A stretch of DNA of 64,000 nucleotides from Deltaproteobacteria bacterium (GCA_005879605.1 VBKE01000001.1:53067-117066), one strand, 5' to 3'. Shown: positions 39,636 through 49,907, counted from the first letter of the stretch. Made by a program: numbers and translations. The notes: generated by a model from the sequence alone, not told the origin.

Positions 39636-39961
39636 GTGCGAAAGAGCCCGGACTGGATTCTCCTGACCGTGCTTCATTGTTTCTGATCGGCTGCTCGATG
39701 CAACAGGGATCTGTGTTCAGGTTTTTACGGCGCAATAGCTAAACAATGCTCCAGTTTTCCCGTTGCATCCTGGATAAGGCATACGGATTGTAAGAGCCGA
39801 GAATGGAGAGTCTGCGTATGAGCAGATGACACCGCGGAGCCGTGCGGGCCGGGTTTTTGAGAGTAGCGATTGATCCAAAAAAGATTATCGCTGGTGTTGA
39901 CACAAAAGAGTTTTCAGCTTAGCGCTATGTCACTTCGATGTTGTGAAGAGGAGAAACTGCA

Positions 39962-40951
39962 GTGAGCTACGATGATCGCAGCGTGAAACCCATGAGCGCC
40001 AGCTTGATGCGGGCGCGGGTCGCGACCAAAATTCTGGCCGGACTGTATGAAGACGTGCCGACGATGCTGACCAGCGCGATTCGCTTGATGGTGGAGTTGC
40101 CGGGCGGCTCGGCGACATCGGGTCCGCCTTATCCGTTCACCATCGGCGTCAGTCCGGCATGGTGCAGCGGTGTGCAAGGGGCAAAACTGGTGGGAACGGG
40201 AAAGTTGGATCTCGTCTGGCTCAATCCCTCGATCATCCCTTCGATGGCGGTTCGCGGCAAAGGACCGTTTCGTCGTAGTTATCCGCTGCGCGCCCTGGCG
40301 GTGTTTCCCTCGTGGGATCGTCTCGTCATCGCGGTTTCACCCAAGCTCGCGGTGCGCACGATGGAAGAATTGATCGCGAAGCGGCCGAAGATGAACGTGT
40401 CCATTGCGGCCAACGATTGCGTGGACTTCGCCATCAAAGCGCTGCTAAAAGCGCATGGGATTTCGCAGCAAGACTTCATTGAATGGGGCGGGACGGTGGA
40501 TGAAGTCGCGCGACCGAGCAATCCGCACCGGCGCGAAGGCATCATTTCGGGCGACCTCCACATAGTCATCGATGAAGGCATGGATTCCTGGGGCGACGTG
40601 GCCGTGCAAAATGGCATGATCTTTTTGTCCTATTCCGAGAAGGTTCTAACGAAGCTCGAAAATTACGGTTTCCAGAGGGCGCGGCTCGATCATGGCAGGA
40701 TCGCTGGCATCAATGATCCGACCACGGTCGTCGATTTCAGCGGCTGGCCGATCGTGGTGCAGGAGAAATTTCCCGACGATCTGGCCTATCACATCGCCGG
40801 CGTGCTGGATCGTATCCGCGAAGAGATACCCTATGACGCGGCGGAAACTCCATCGATGAAATGTTTATGCACGAGCACGGAGCCAGGGCCATTGGATTTT
40901 CCGCTCCATCCGGGCGCGGAGCGATATTATAGGGAGAAGGGCTACCTGTAG
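39962..40951 (+). CDS. TAXI-family solute-binding-like protein, no signal peptide
   Basis: PLRALAVF, V+E..PDDLAYHI, C-terminal FPLHPGAERYYREKGYL; GAGGAG RBS before GTG. Confidence 0.8.
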   Translation: MSYDDRSVKPMSASLMRARVATKILAGLYEDVPTMLTSAIRLMVELPGGSATSGPPYPFTIGVSPAWCSGVQGAKLVGTGKLDLVWLNPSIIPSMAVRGKGPFRRSYPLRALAVFPSWDRLVIAVSPKLAVRTMEELIAKRPKMNVSIAANDCVDFAIKALLKAHGISQQDFIEWGGTVDEVARPSNPHRREGIISGDLHIVIDEGMDSWGDVAVQNGMIFLSYSEKVLTKLENYGFQRARLDHGRIAGINDPTTVVDFSGWPIVVQEKFPDDLAYHIAGVLDRIREEIPYDAAETPSMKCLCTSTEPGPLDFPLHPGAERYYREKGYL

Positions 40952-41009
40952 GAGGTAACGTGACCTCATGAAGACGAGCACGAACCACGAACACGACTCG
41001 CTTTGGCAA

Positions 41010-43298
41010 TTACGCAGGTCGATTTTTCTGTTGCAATCCGGCCAGAATCCGCTGCGGCGTAAACGGCGCTTCGCGTAGGCGTACTCCGGTCGCGTCGAAG
41101 ATCGCGTTGGCGATGGCCGCCCCGACAGGAGCGCTCGACGGTTCTCCGCCGCCGAGAGCCGGCATCTCCGGACGGTTGATCAAAACGACCTCGACCTCCG
41201 GAATATCCGGAAATTTAATAATCGGGTAGCTGGTCCAATCGAGCGTCTTAATGCCGGTTGCGTCGAACTTTACTTCCTCAAGCAGCGCACGGCTCACGCT
41301 CTGTATAATATTCCCTTCGATTTGGTTCTTGAGGCCGTCCGGGTTGATGATGAGCCCACAGTCGTGCGAGAGGGTGAATCGCTTGACTGTGACATTGCCG
41401 CTGGACTTGTCCACTTCGACTTCCGCTACCGCGCCGCAGATCGTGCCGGCTCGATTGGAAAGCGCAACGCCTCTGCCCGTGGCCTTCTTTGATCCATCCG
41501 AGGCCGGCGCGGGCGAAGGCCGCTCTTGCCAACTCGCTTTTTTCGTCACGGCGATAAGCGCATCGGCGACGCGCTTGTTTTCGGCTAAATAACGGAACCG
41601 AAACTGCACCGGATCGACACGCAGGTCCGACGCGATCTCGTCCATGAACGACTCGCTGGCAAAGCAGCGGGCCATGTCGCCGGGCGCGCGCAAATAACCG
41701 GTCCGCAGCGGAGTCTCGTCCGCTTGCACCCATGGGATAAGCGGCGCTGCGCACTTTTGGTTTTCGAAAGCATAGATCTCGCCGCCGCCCTGGGTACCGT
41801 TGGAATTACCGTCGGCGGTGGGTTTCATACCGATCTGACGCGAAGCGAGCAGGCGCAATCCTCGGCCCGAAGCAGCGGTCAGAGGGAAACTTCGATCGGA
41901 GAAGTCCCAGGCGATGATCTTGCCTTGTGCGTCGACGCCGGCACGGACTAGTTCCAGCTGCGCCGGACCTTTGGGCTCCCAGCCATGTTCGTCATCTCGC
42001 ATCCATTGAACACGGACCGGCTTGCCGACCGCGCGCGAAAGCAACGCGGCGTCTTCCGACACATCGTCGGCGCCCATCCGCCCGTAACTACCAGAGGCCT
42101 CTCTGTAGAGCACTCGAACATTTTTTTCGGGAAACCCGAGCATCTCGGCAACGGCCTTGCGCGTGTCGAAAGAACCTTGGGTGCCGGTATAGATTGTCGC
42201 GCTGTCCTTGCCGACATCCGCGACCGCGCAGGACGGGCCGATCATGCCGTGGAGTTGGAATGGCCAGTGATAAGTCGCTTCATATTTCTTGCTTGCTTGG
42301 GCCAGCGCCGATTCCGGATTGCCCTTGTTGACGGGCACCTGATCGCGCAAGCTCTTGGTGTCTTTCAAAATCGAAAAAACTTCTTCCGAACTCGCCGGCA
42401 TTTTGGTCGAGGGTTGAGACCAGGTGACTTTGAGCGCCTTGGCCGCGTTGATGGCAGCCCACTCGCTCCTGGCCACGACGCCGACAAAGCTTCCCTCCTG
42501 CACGACTTTGACAATGCCGGGGATATCCTTGATTGAGTTTTCGTCGATATTGGCCGGCTTCGATGTGATCGTCGGCGGCCGGACCACGCGCCCGTGCAAC
42601 ATTCCTGGGATGCGGACATCATGCGCGTAAACGAACTCCCCGGTAAGCTTTGGCGGAAGCTCGACGCGGGAGACCGAGGTCCCGACGAGCTTGTAGTCTT
42701 TGAAATTCTTGGCTTGGGCCTCCGGAGCGACTTTCATATCCCAACCAGTTCCGGTCGCCGTGATTTTTACGTTGAATTGCTTCCCGCCGATGAGCTGGCC
42801 GTAGGAGACTTTCTTCGCAGGATTGCCTATGACGCTCACGATACCGTCCTTCACGGTCAACTGCTCCGCAGGCGAGCCGAGACGCGCCGCGGCGAGTTTG
42901 AGCAGCTCTTGGCGTGCCACGGCAGCAGCCTGCCTCAGTTGCGGTCCTCCTCTTTCAACGGTTCTACTGCCGGCCGTGATGCCCTGATCGATCACCTTCG
43001 AAGTGTCCAGACTGGCCATTTTAATCCGATTGAATGGGACGTCGAGCTCCTCGGCGACGATTTGTGCCAGCGCGGTTTCGACGCCGGTTCCCAAGTCGAC
43101 CTTGCCGCTAAAGACCGTAACCGTGCCGTCTTTGCCGACGGCGAGCCAGGAATCGAGCTGCGTTGGATCCGGCTCTCCGCCCGCTTTATCTGCCGTTTGG
43201 GCAAAAAGCGATGATGCCGAGGGAAACAGGTTGAAGCTTACGACCAGCGCGCCGGTGCCTTTGAGAAATTGTCTGCGGGTGAAGTTTGTATCGCGCAT
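41010..43298 (-). CDS. Xanthine oxidase-family Mo-hydroxylase large subunit (IorB-like), Tat signal, copy 1
   Basis: TRRQFLK twin-Arg, GKVDLGTG, AEELDV, PGMLHGRVVRPP, LRAPG, HDCGLIINPDG, GGGEP, AIFDATGVRLR. Confidence 0.92.
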   Translation of the reverse strand: MRDTNFTRRQFLKGTGALVVSFNLFPSASSLFAQTADKAGGEPDPTQLDSWLAVGKDGTVTVFSGKVDLGTGVETALAQIVAEELDVPFNRIKMASLDTSKVIDQGITAGSRTVERGGPQLRQAAAVARQELLKLAAARLGSPAEQLTVKDGIVSVIGNPAKKVSYGQLIGGKQFNVKITATGTGWDMKVAPEAQAKNFKDYKLVGTSVSRVELPPKLTGEFVYAHDVRIPGMLHGRVVRPPTITSKPANIDENSIKDIPGIVKVVQEGSFVGVVARSEWAAINAAKALKVTWSQPSTKMPASSEEVFSILKDTKSLRDQVPVNKGNPESALAQASKKYEATYHWPFQLHGMIGPSCAVADVGKDSATIYTGTQGSFDTRKAVAEMLGFPEKNVRVLYREASGSYGRMGADDVSEDAALLSRAVGKPVRVQWMRDDEHGWEPKGPAQLELVRAGVDAQGKIIAWDFSDRSFPLTAASGRGLRLLASRQIGMKPTADGNSNGTQGGGEIYAFENQKCAAPLIPWVQADETPLRTGYLRAPGDMARCFASESFMDEIASDLRVDPVQFRFRYLAENKRVADALIAVTKKASWQERPSPAPASDGSKKATGRGVALSNRAGTICGAVAEVEVDKSSGNVTVKRFTLSHDCGLIINPDGLKNQIEGNIIQSVSRALLEEVKFDATGIKTLDWTSYPIIKFPDIPEVEVVLINRPEMPALGGGEPSSAPVGAAIANAIFDATGVRLREAPFTPQRILAGLQQKNRPA

Positions 43299-43310
43299 GG
43301 CTCCTCCTTA

Positions 43311-43778
43311 TTAAACTCTTTGCTGGCGCGCCGCGCGTTGGATCGCGCGCACGATGCGCAGATGGCTGCCGCAGCGGCAAAGGTTCGCCGTCAAGGCCTC
43401 TTTAATATCGGCCACCGTCGGGTTTGGATTGTTATCGAGCAGCACCTTGGCGCTCATGATTATGCCACTGATGCAGTAGCAGCATTGCCCGGCCTGTTCC
43501 TCGATAAACGCCTTTTGCAACGGATGGAGTTTTTTCGTCGTTCCCAGACCTTCGAGAGTTGTCACCGGCCGATTGGCCGCGGCCTTCACTTCCGTGACAC
43601 AGGAGCGGATCGCCTTCCCGTCCATGATGACCGTGCAGGAGCCGCACTGGGCCAGCCCGCAGCCGAATTTCGGACCGTTCAATTCAAGGTCGTTACGTAA
43701 GACGTAAAGCAGCGGGGTTTCAGGATTCACGTCGACGATCCGACTCTTGCCATTCACCTTGAGTGGGATTCGCGCCAT
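43311..43778 (-). CDS. (2Fe-2S)-binding small subunit (IorA-like), copy 1
   Basis: GPKFGCGLAQCGSC, RSC, QCCYC, NLCRCG; AAGGAGG RBS before ATG 43778. Confidence 0.93.
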   Translation of the reverse strand: MARIPLKVNGKSRIVDVNPETPLLYVLRNDLELNGPKFGCGLAQCGSCTVIMDGKAIRSCVTEVKAAANRPVTTLEGLGTTKKLHPLQKAFIEEQAGQCCYCISGIIMSAKVLLDNNPNPTVADIKEALTANLCRCGSHLRIVRAIQRAARQQRV

Positions 43779-43940
43779 CGTCGCCTCCTTCGGGTCAGTA
43801 GTGGGAGATGTCTTGTTGGAGCCAGACAATTAAAGACGTAAGCCTAAGTAGATTTAGATTGAGCCGCTTGCAAAAGTCAAGATCGTACCCCGATTCTGTC
43901 GCTGGCAGTGCCGGGAAACTTGTCGGGGCGACGTAATCGC

Positions 43941-43982
43941 ACAGGGCAACCACACAGGGCAACCACAGAGGGTTGCCCCTAC
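43941..43982 (-). repeat. GTAG-type REP palindrome with a 13-bp tandem duplication
   Basis: Minus strand GTAG-GGGCAACC-CTCTGT-GGTTGCCC; ACAGGGCAACCAC duplicated at 43941 and 43954. Confidence 0.65.
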
Positions 43983-46261
43983 TATGCGGGCCGGCTCACC
44001 TGCTGGAGTGCCGCCAGAACGCGTTTCGGTGTGAAAGGCACTTCGCGCAGTCGAATACCGGTCGCGTCGAAGATGGCGCTGGCAATGGCCGCCGTTATCG
44101 GAACGGTCGCCAGCTCGCCGGCGCCAAGCGGGGCCACGTCCTGACGATTGATCAAGACTATGTCGAGCTCCGGTATGTCGGAGAATTTCAAAATCGGGTA
44201 ATCTTTCCAATCGAGACTCGTCACTCCATTGCCGTCAAACGTCACTTCTTCAACTAGCGCGCGACTGACTCCCTGGACAATGTTTCCCTCAACCTGGTTT
44301 TTGACGCCGTCAGGGTTAACAATGAGACCGCAATCGTGCGCGCAAGTGATGCGTTTGACGGTCACGTTGCCGGTGGACTTGTTGACTTCCACATCTGCTA
44401 CGGCGGCAGCGTATCCATTGGAGCGTCGCGTCATGGCAACTCCTCTGCCGCTCGCGGTCGTTGCATTTGAATTCAACGCCGGCGCGGGACGCTTTTGCCA
44501 TCGGGTCTTTTCAGCCACGGTTTTCAGGACCTCCGTGCCGCGCTGATCGCTAGTCAAGTAACGCAGGCGGAATTCAACGGGATCGACACCGAGATCCGCC
44601 GCGATCTCATTCAAAAGCGATTCGCTGGCGAAAACGCGCGACAGCTGGCCGGGAGCGCGCAGGTTGCTTGTCCGAAGTGGAATGGGCTCGGGTTGCATCC
44701 ATGGAATCTCCTCCGCAAAGACCTTCGAATTTTCGAAGTTATAGATTTCCCCGCCGCCTTGGTTTCCGTTGCCCGAACCCGGGGTCTTTGACTTAATGCC
44801 GACCTGCTCCGACGCCAGAAGGGTTGTAATCGAAGAGACCGTCCAAGGAAGGCTGTAGTCGGTGAATTCCCAGGCGATGATTTTACCTGCGTCATCGACG
44901 CCGGCCTTCAATGTCTGTAACTGCGCCGGGCCTTTGGGTTCCCAGCCGTGCTCGTCCTGGCGCGACCATTGCACCCGCACGGGCGCCCTCACCGCTCTCG
45001 AAAGCAGGGCAGCATCCTCCGCGCTGTCATCGTTGCTCATCCGGCCATAGGAACCCGAGGCTTCGTGGTAGATAATCCGGACGTTTTTTTCCGGGATATT
45101 CAGTAGCGTCGCAATGGAGGCGCGGGTTCGAAAGGGGCCTTGGCATCCCGACCAAATGGTCGCCTGTTCGCCGCGCACATCGGCAACTGCGCATGATGGT
45201 CCAATCATGCCGTGCATCTGAAAGGGCCAGCGAAAGGTCGCCTCGTATTGTTTCTTTGCTTTGGCAAGTCCAGTGTTGGGGTCACCTTTGTCGGCAGCTT
45301 TTAGTGTGGTGAAGCTCTTCGTGTTTTTCAGGTAGGCATAGAGCTCATCGACATTGGCGGGAAGCTTGGTCGCCGGCTTGGACCAATTAACTTTTAGCGC
45401 TTGCGCCGCCTGGATCGCGGCCCACTGGGTTTTCGCGACGACACCGACGAAGCTTCCTTGACGAACGACTTTGACAAAGCCGGAAATATTTTTCACCGAC
45501 TCTTCGTCGATGCTAGCGGGAGCGGTATTGATCACCGGCGGCCGAACCACACGGCCATGCAGCATGCCCGGAACGCGCACGTCGTGGACGTACACTGCTT
45601 CACCCGTAACCTTGGGCGGCAAATCAAAACGCTGCACAGGGCTCCCGACCGTTTTGTATTGTTTGGGGTCCTTGGCCTTAACGTCCTGAGCTAACTTGAG
45701 TTCACCGGCTTTGCCTTCGGCTTGGATCGTCACGTTAAAGCGTTTGCCGCCGATCAACTGCGCGTAGGATACCTGTTTGGATGGAATGCCGGCGACGCTG
45801 ACCACGCCGTCTCGAACGGTGAGCTTCTCGACGGGAGCACCGAGCTTTTCCGATGCGAGGCGTAAGAGTTCTTTGCGCGCTGCTGCGGCCGCCTGGCGAA
45901 TCTGCGGGCCGGCGCGCTCGATGGTGCGGCTGCCGGACGTCGTTGCCTGGTCAATGGTCTTCGAAGTGTCACCCATGTCGACTTTGATCTTTCTCCAAGA
46001 AACATCCAACTCCTCGGCGGCAATCTGAGCGAGCGCGGTTTCGATACCGGTACCGAGCTCGACCTTGCTGGTGAAAACGGTCACGGTCCCGTCTGAGGCA
46101 ACGGCGATCCAGGAATCGAGTTGCGTGGGATCGGGCTCTCCGGCCGGAGCGGCTGTGGACTGTGCGAACAGATCGGACGCTGAGGGGAAAAGGTTAAAGC
46201 TGACGATCAAGGCGCCGGTGCCTTTGAGAAATTGTCTGCGGGAAAGTTCAGCTGTTGTCAT
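43982..46261 (-). CDS. Xanthine oxidase-family Mo-hydroxylase large subunit (IorB-like), Tat signal, copy 2
   Basis: SRRQFLK, SKVELGTG, PGMLHGRVVRPP, NLRAPG, HDCGLIVNPDG, GAGE. Confidence 0.92.
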   Translation of the reverse strand: MTTAELSRRQFLKGTGALIVSFNLFPSASDLFAQSTAAPAGEPDPTQLDSWIAVASDGTVTVFTSKVELGTGIETALAQIAAEELDVSWRKIKVDMGDTSKTIDQATTSGSRTIERAGPQIRQAAAAARKELLRLASEKLGAPVEKLTVRDGVVSVAGIPSKQVSYAQLIGGKRFNVTIQAEGKAGELKLAQDVKAKDPKQYKTVGSPVQRFDLPPKVTGEAVYVHDVRVPGMLHGRVVRPPVINTAPASIDEESVKNISGFVKVVRQGSFVGVVAKTQWAAIQAAQALKVNWSKPATKLPANVDELYAYLKNTKSFTTLKAADKGDPNTGLAKAKKQYEATFRWPFQMHGMIGPSCAVADVRGEQATIWSGCQGPFRTRASIATLLNIPEKNVRIIYHEASGSYGRMSNDDSAEDAALLSRAVRAPVRVQWSRQDEHGWEPKGPAQLQTLKAGVDDAGKIIAWEFTDYSLPWTVSSITTLLASEQVGIKSKTPGSGNGNQGGGEIYNFENSKVFAEEIPWMQPEPIPLRTSNLRAPGQLSRVFASESLLNEIAADLGVDPVEFRLRYLTSDQRGTEVLKTVAEKTRWQKRPAPALNSNATTASGRGVAMTRRSNGYAAAVADVEVNKSTGNVTVKRITCAHDCGLIVNPDGVKNQVEGNIVQGVSRALVEEVTFDGNGVTSLDWKDYPILKFSDIPELDIVLINRQDVAPLGAGELATVPITAAIASAIFDATGIRLREVPFTPKRVLAALQQVSRPA

Positions 46262-46277
46262 TTGGATCGCTCCTTCC

Positions 46278-46742
46278 TCAAACCGTCTGGCCCGACGCGC
46301 GCTTCACCGCACGCAAGATGCGCGTGTGGGTGCCGCAGCGGCAGAGATTGCCCGCCAGCGCCTCTTTGATCTGGCTGTCCGTCGGCTTGGGATTCTTATC
46401 CAATAGCGCCTTCGCCGTCATGATCATGCCGTTGATGCAGTAGCCGCACTGCAGCGCCTGTTCGTCGATGAAAGCTTTCTGGATAGGATGGAGTTTCTTC
46501 GTTGATCCAAGACCTTCGAGGGTGGTCACTGGATGGTTGCTTGCAGCTTTGACCGGCGTCACGCAGGAACGAATGGCGTTGCCGTCCATGATGACGGTGC
46601 AGGAGCCACACTGCGCCAAACCGCAGCCGAATTTCGGCCCATTGAGCTTCAAATCGTCCCGCAAAACGTAGAGCAGGGGAGTTTCGGGATCGGTATCGAC
46701 GACCTGAGTTTTGCCGTTTACTTTGAGAGAAACTTTCGCCAT
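46278..46742 (-). CDS. (2Fe-2S)-binding small subunit (IorA-like), copy 2
   Basis: GCGLAQCGSC, QCGYC, NLCRCG; GAGGAGG RBS. Confidence 0.93.
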   Translation of the reverse strand: MAKVSLKVNGKTQVVDTDPETPLLYVLRDDLKLNGPKFGCGLAQCGSCTVIMDGNAIRSCVTPVKAASNHPVTTLEGLGSTKKLHPIQKAFIDEQALQCGYCINGMIMTAKALLDKNPKPTDSQIKEALAGNLCRCGTHTRILRAVKRASGQTV

Positions 46743-46923
46743 TGCGGCCTCCTCTCCGATTTAGATGGGCAGAGCTAGATTAGCTGGGCTGTTCCATGTC
46801 TATGGATATAGACGATAAATTTTTAAGTCAAGGCACGCTAACGAGCGGTGACACAGTAAAAGCGCGGAGCTTTGATCCTCAAATAAGAACCCAGGAAGTG
46901 AGTCATGGTTGGAGCGGCAAGCG

Positions 46924-48684
46924 CTAGTTGACCGCCGAGCTTTCGTGATCGGGTGCGAGCGTGTCTTTTCGGTTGGAAAAGACGACGTCGTAAGCGTTTT
47001 GGGCTACCAGATACAATTTTCGGTCGGCTTGGGCGCGCAATTTGGCGTACGTAGCTCTGTCGGTTAGCGCGTAAATGGATTGCGGACTATTCCACTTTTG
47101 CCAGAACGCCTTATCATCATCAGCCCGCTTGTTTAATTCTTCCTCCCAGAGTTCGAAAGGCTCTACCCAACCGACCTGCGTCACGTGACGCTGCAGATAA
47201 AGAGGCAGATCTTGGTAATAGGCATGGTAACTCGCCACCTCATCGTTAGGCTGCAGCCAAGGCTTGATGGTGAGGGCGAGGTCCTTGACGGAGCGGCGCT
47301 GGTCAAAGATCGGCAAGCTGCTGTTGAGGACGACCAAGAAAAAAGCGGCGGTCAGTCCCAATGCGGAAAACGCTGCCGGAATATTTCGTTTGCCCAGAAA
47401 GCTCGTTGCCAGCGCGCCGGACAGCAAAATCGCGCTTTGCGCTATCATGTAGGGGCTTAACTTCATCAAATCGGGATAGAAATTCAAAGACGTAGACGGG
47501 ATCGTTGCTTCGTCCATGGGAACTTCGAGATCGGGCCAGTTCGAATACCGTTCCAGATAGTGCTGAGGCCCTCTTACGCCAAGCAGTAAGAGCACCAACA
47601 CAGCGCATAAAAGGCACAAGCAGCCGCCACGCAAGCCAGGGAGCTGAGGGTGGTTCCATGCCCCCGAGAAGTATCGACCGATCAATATGGCCAGCGGCGG
47701 GAACATGGGCAGTATGTAGGGAATAACTTTCGAACTGGAGAGAGAGAAAAACAGGAATACCCAGCCCGCCCAAAGCGCTAGAAAAATTGCTTCTTTGTGG
47801 CCGTGACGGGGGCGCCAGGAAGGGAAGAGGCTGTATCTTATGGCTTGATATAAGAACACCGTCCAGGGGAATAATCCTATGAACAAAACGGGTACAAAGG
47901 TCCACGGATGGTCGAGTGGGCCGTTCTTATAGAGAAACCGTTGAAAGTGCTCCCGAATGAAATAGAAATCGAGAAACTCCGGATTGATTTTGGCAACGAG
48001 AACGTGCCAAGGAGCAGCTATCGTGAGGAAGAGAACGAGACCAGAAGGGAGATACAGGTTTCTTAAAACGTTCCGTTCGCTAACAACCAGTATCCAAGTG
48101 CCGATGACGAGACTGGGAATAACGATTCCGATCAGACCCTTCTCCAGGACCGCCAAGGCTGCGAACACAAAAAAAGCCCACATGGCAGAGCGGCGCTTGA
48201 GTCCCGGCGGCTCGCGCGTGCCCAGTAAGAAAGAAATCAACGCGCAAGTTAGCAAGGTCGATAACCCCGTATCGAGATCGGCGACCCGGCTCATCGCGTA
48301 GTACAGCCCGGAAGTAGCCAGCACGACGGAAGCGAGCAGGGCGGTTCTGCGCCCGAATAGCTTCCTTCCGCCCGCATAAACCGCAAGACAACCGAGCAAG
48401 GCGAACATGGCGGGCCAAAGACGCAGCGACCATTCGTTCAAACCGAAGGCTTTTATCGATGCGCTCTGTAACCAATAAAATAGCGGCGGTTTCTCAAAGA
48501 ACTTGATGCCGTCGAGGCGCGGCGTGATGTAATCCCCGGTGACAACCATTTCCCTCGCGACTTCGGAATACCGGCCTTCATCCGGGGACCACAGCGCGCG
48601 CTCGCCGAGCTTGAAGCCAAAGAAAGACCCAAGCAAGAGAGTCAAAACCAACAGATCGCGGAACCAGTCACCACTCTTTAACAT
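46924..48684 (-). CDS. ArnT-like glycosyltransferase family 39 (lipid-carrier-dependent), copy 1
   Basis: PDEGRYSEVAREM..GDYITPRL, FFEKPPLFYW, WSLRL, KGLIG, EHFQRF, SKVIPYILP. Start 48684 (or 48729) overlaps the desaturase stop. Confidence 0.9.
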   Translation of the reverse strand: MLKSGDWFRDLLVLTLLLGSFFGFKLGERALWSPDEGRYSEVAREMVVTGDYITPRLDGIKFFEKPPLFYWLQSASIKAFGLNEWSLRLWPAMFALLGCLAVYAGGRKLFGRRTALLASVVLATSGLYYAMSRVADLDTGLSTLLTCALISFLLGTREPPGLKRRSAMWAFFVFAALAVLEKGLIGIVIPSLVIGTWILVVSERNVLRNLYLPSGLVLFLTIAAPWHVLVAKINPEFLDFYFIREHFQRFLYKNGPLDHPWTFVPVLFIGLFPWTVFLYQAIRYSLFPSWRPRHGHKEAIFLALWAGWVFLFFSLSSSKVIPYILPMFPPLAILIGRYFSGAWNHPQLPGLRGGCLCLLCAVLVLLLLGVRGPQHYLERYSNWPDLEVPMDEATIPSTSLNFYPDLMKLSPYMIAQSAILLSGALATSFLGKRNIPAAFSALGLTAAFFLVVLNSSLPIFDQRRSVKDLALTIKPWLQPNDEVASYHAYYQDLPLYLQRHVTQVGWVEPFELWEEELNKRADDDKAFWQKWNSPQSIYALTDRATYAKLRAQADRKLYLVAQNAYDVVFSNRKDTLAPDHESSAVN

Positions 48685-49705
48685 TGTCTGGTATCGATGT
48701 CGGTTCCGAAAGAGTTTTACGCCGAGCATTGCTACCGATAGCGGCGGGCAGTGCCGCGTCCGACAAAGCTATGGGACCGGAGAGCTGGTCTAGCGCAGCT
48801 GAAAAAAAGCCGCGATCGAACGTCTCCGACTGTTGGGCAAAGAAATCTGGAAGCTTTATCCAAGGAACCGCTGGATTGGCGTGGTGAACGCGATGCAAAT
48901 TGAAATGTAGAACGAGCCGAGAAAACATCCTGGGCAAGAAAAGATTATGACCGGAGACCGTGACCTGCACGGGAGTTCTGTAGTGATACACATTGTCCAG
49001 AAAAGAGATGAGAAAGGTTCGGACCATTAACAAGCTTATGAAAAGTCTCCAATGCGTCCCGAAACAAAACGCACTCAGAACGAAGATAAGACAAATCGCC
49101 ATGCCATCGGCCCGAACCTGTCGAACTATTTGGTCGTCCATAAATTTTTTCGCCAGCCATTTTTCCTGAATGTTGCCCTGGTCGAGAAGACGCTGTCGCA
49201 TCTTACGGAAAATATTTGACGGTAAGAAAAATATGAATGTGGAGGCGACCTCCAATAGGTAAAGGCCGCAAAATATGTAAAAGAAGTATCTGAAACTGGC
49301 TTTGGCTCTTGAAGCCTTTGCCGGATCGTATATCTCGGTCCCCCTTTCCATGGGTGACCGGTTGAACTTATGGTGGGACAGGTGGGTCAGCCGCAAAACA
49401 TGGAAAGGCGAGCCGAAAAAAATCGAGAGCAATCTTCCGAAAGCCAAATTAATTCTGCCAGAGGAATTGAACAAGTCGTGGATTGCTTCGTGAAGGAGCG
49501 CCCAGAAAGGGTTGTTCAAGCACGCAATGGGGATAAGAGACACGCCCCACCAAATACTTTTCGGCAACAGATAAAGCGGCAGAATAAAAAATTGAAAGAG
49601 GTTCAAGAAAATACACAGCCCCGCAAGGCTGTAATTAAAAACGTCGGGTATCAAGAGTTTTGCAGCTCGCGTTGGAGAAGAGAAGGAAACTGGCAAGTTG
49701 GACAT
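48668..49705 (-). CDS. Membrane fatty acid desaturase family protein
   Basis: Three His boxes HEAIH, HLSHH, HRVHH plus TM segments. ATG 49705 preferred because the track's extension runs through the promoter cassette. Confidence 0.85.
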   Translation of the reverse strand: MSNLPVSFSSPTRAAKLLIPDVFNYSLAGLCIFLNLFQFFILPLYLLPKSIWWGVSLIPIACLNNPFWALLHEAIHDLFNSSGRINLAFGRLLSIFFGSPFHVLRLTHLSHHKFNRSPMERGTEIYDPAKASRAKASFRYFFYIFCGLYLLEVASTFIFFLPSNIFRKMRQRLLDQGNIQEKWLAKKFMDDQIVRQVRADGMAICLIFVLSAFCFGTHWRLFISLLMVRTFLISFLDNVYHYRTPVQVTVSGHNLFLPRMFSRLVLHFNLHRVHHANPAVPWIKLPDFFAQQSETFDRGFFSAALDQLSGPIALSDAALPAAIGSNARRKTLSEPTSIPDNVKEW

Positions 49706-49801
49706 GTAGATCGCTCTCTCACAAACCGCTTCACGTTGTTCCATTGTCATCTTGATTGGGCTCTGTTTGTGGAAATATGCGCCATTCACGAGCGTCGCGA
49801 T

Positions 49802-49907
49802 GTTTACGCTAGCGCATGTATGCTTCGCGCTCAATTTTTGAAGCAGATTCAGAAGGGCCAATCACGATGAAATAAAGGGCTATTATCTTCTAGCCCTTAA
49901 GAGCTAT
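49802..49907 (-). promoter_or_regulatory. Duplicated promoter cassette, copy 1 (desaturase-ArnT operon)
   Basis: Minus strand: TAGCTCT-TA-AGGGCTA, TAGCCCT, TGGCCCT heptamers, then TTGAGC-17bp-TAGCGT; 93/106 identical to 55426-55531 by manual alignment. Confidence 0.8.
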
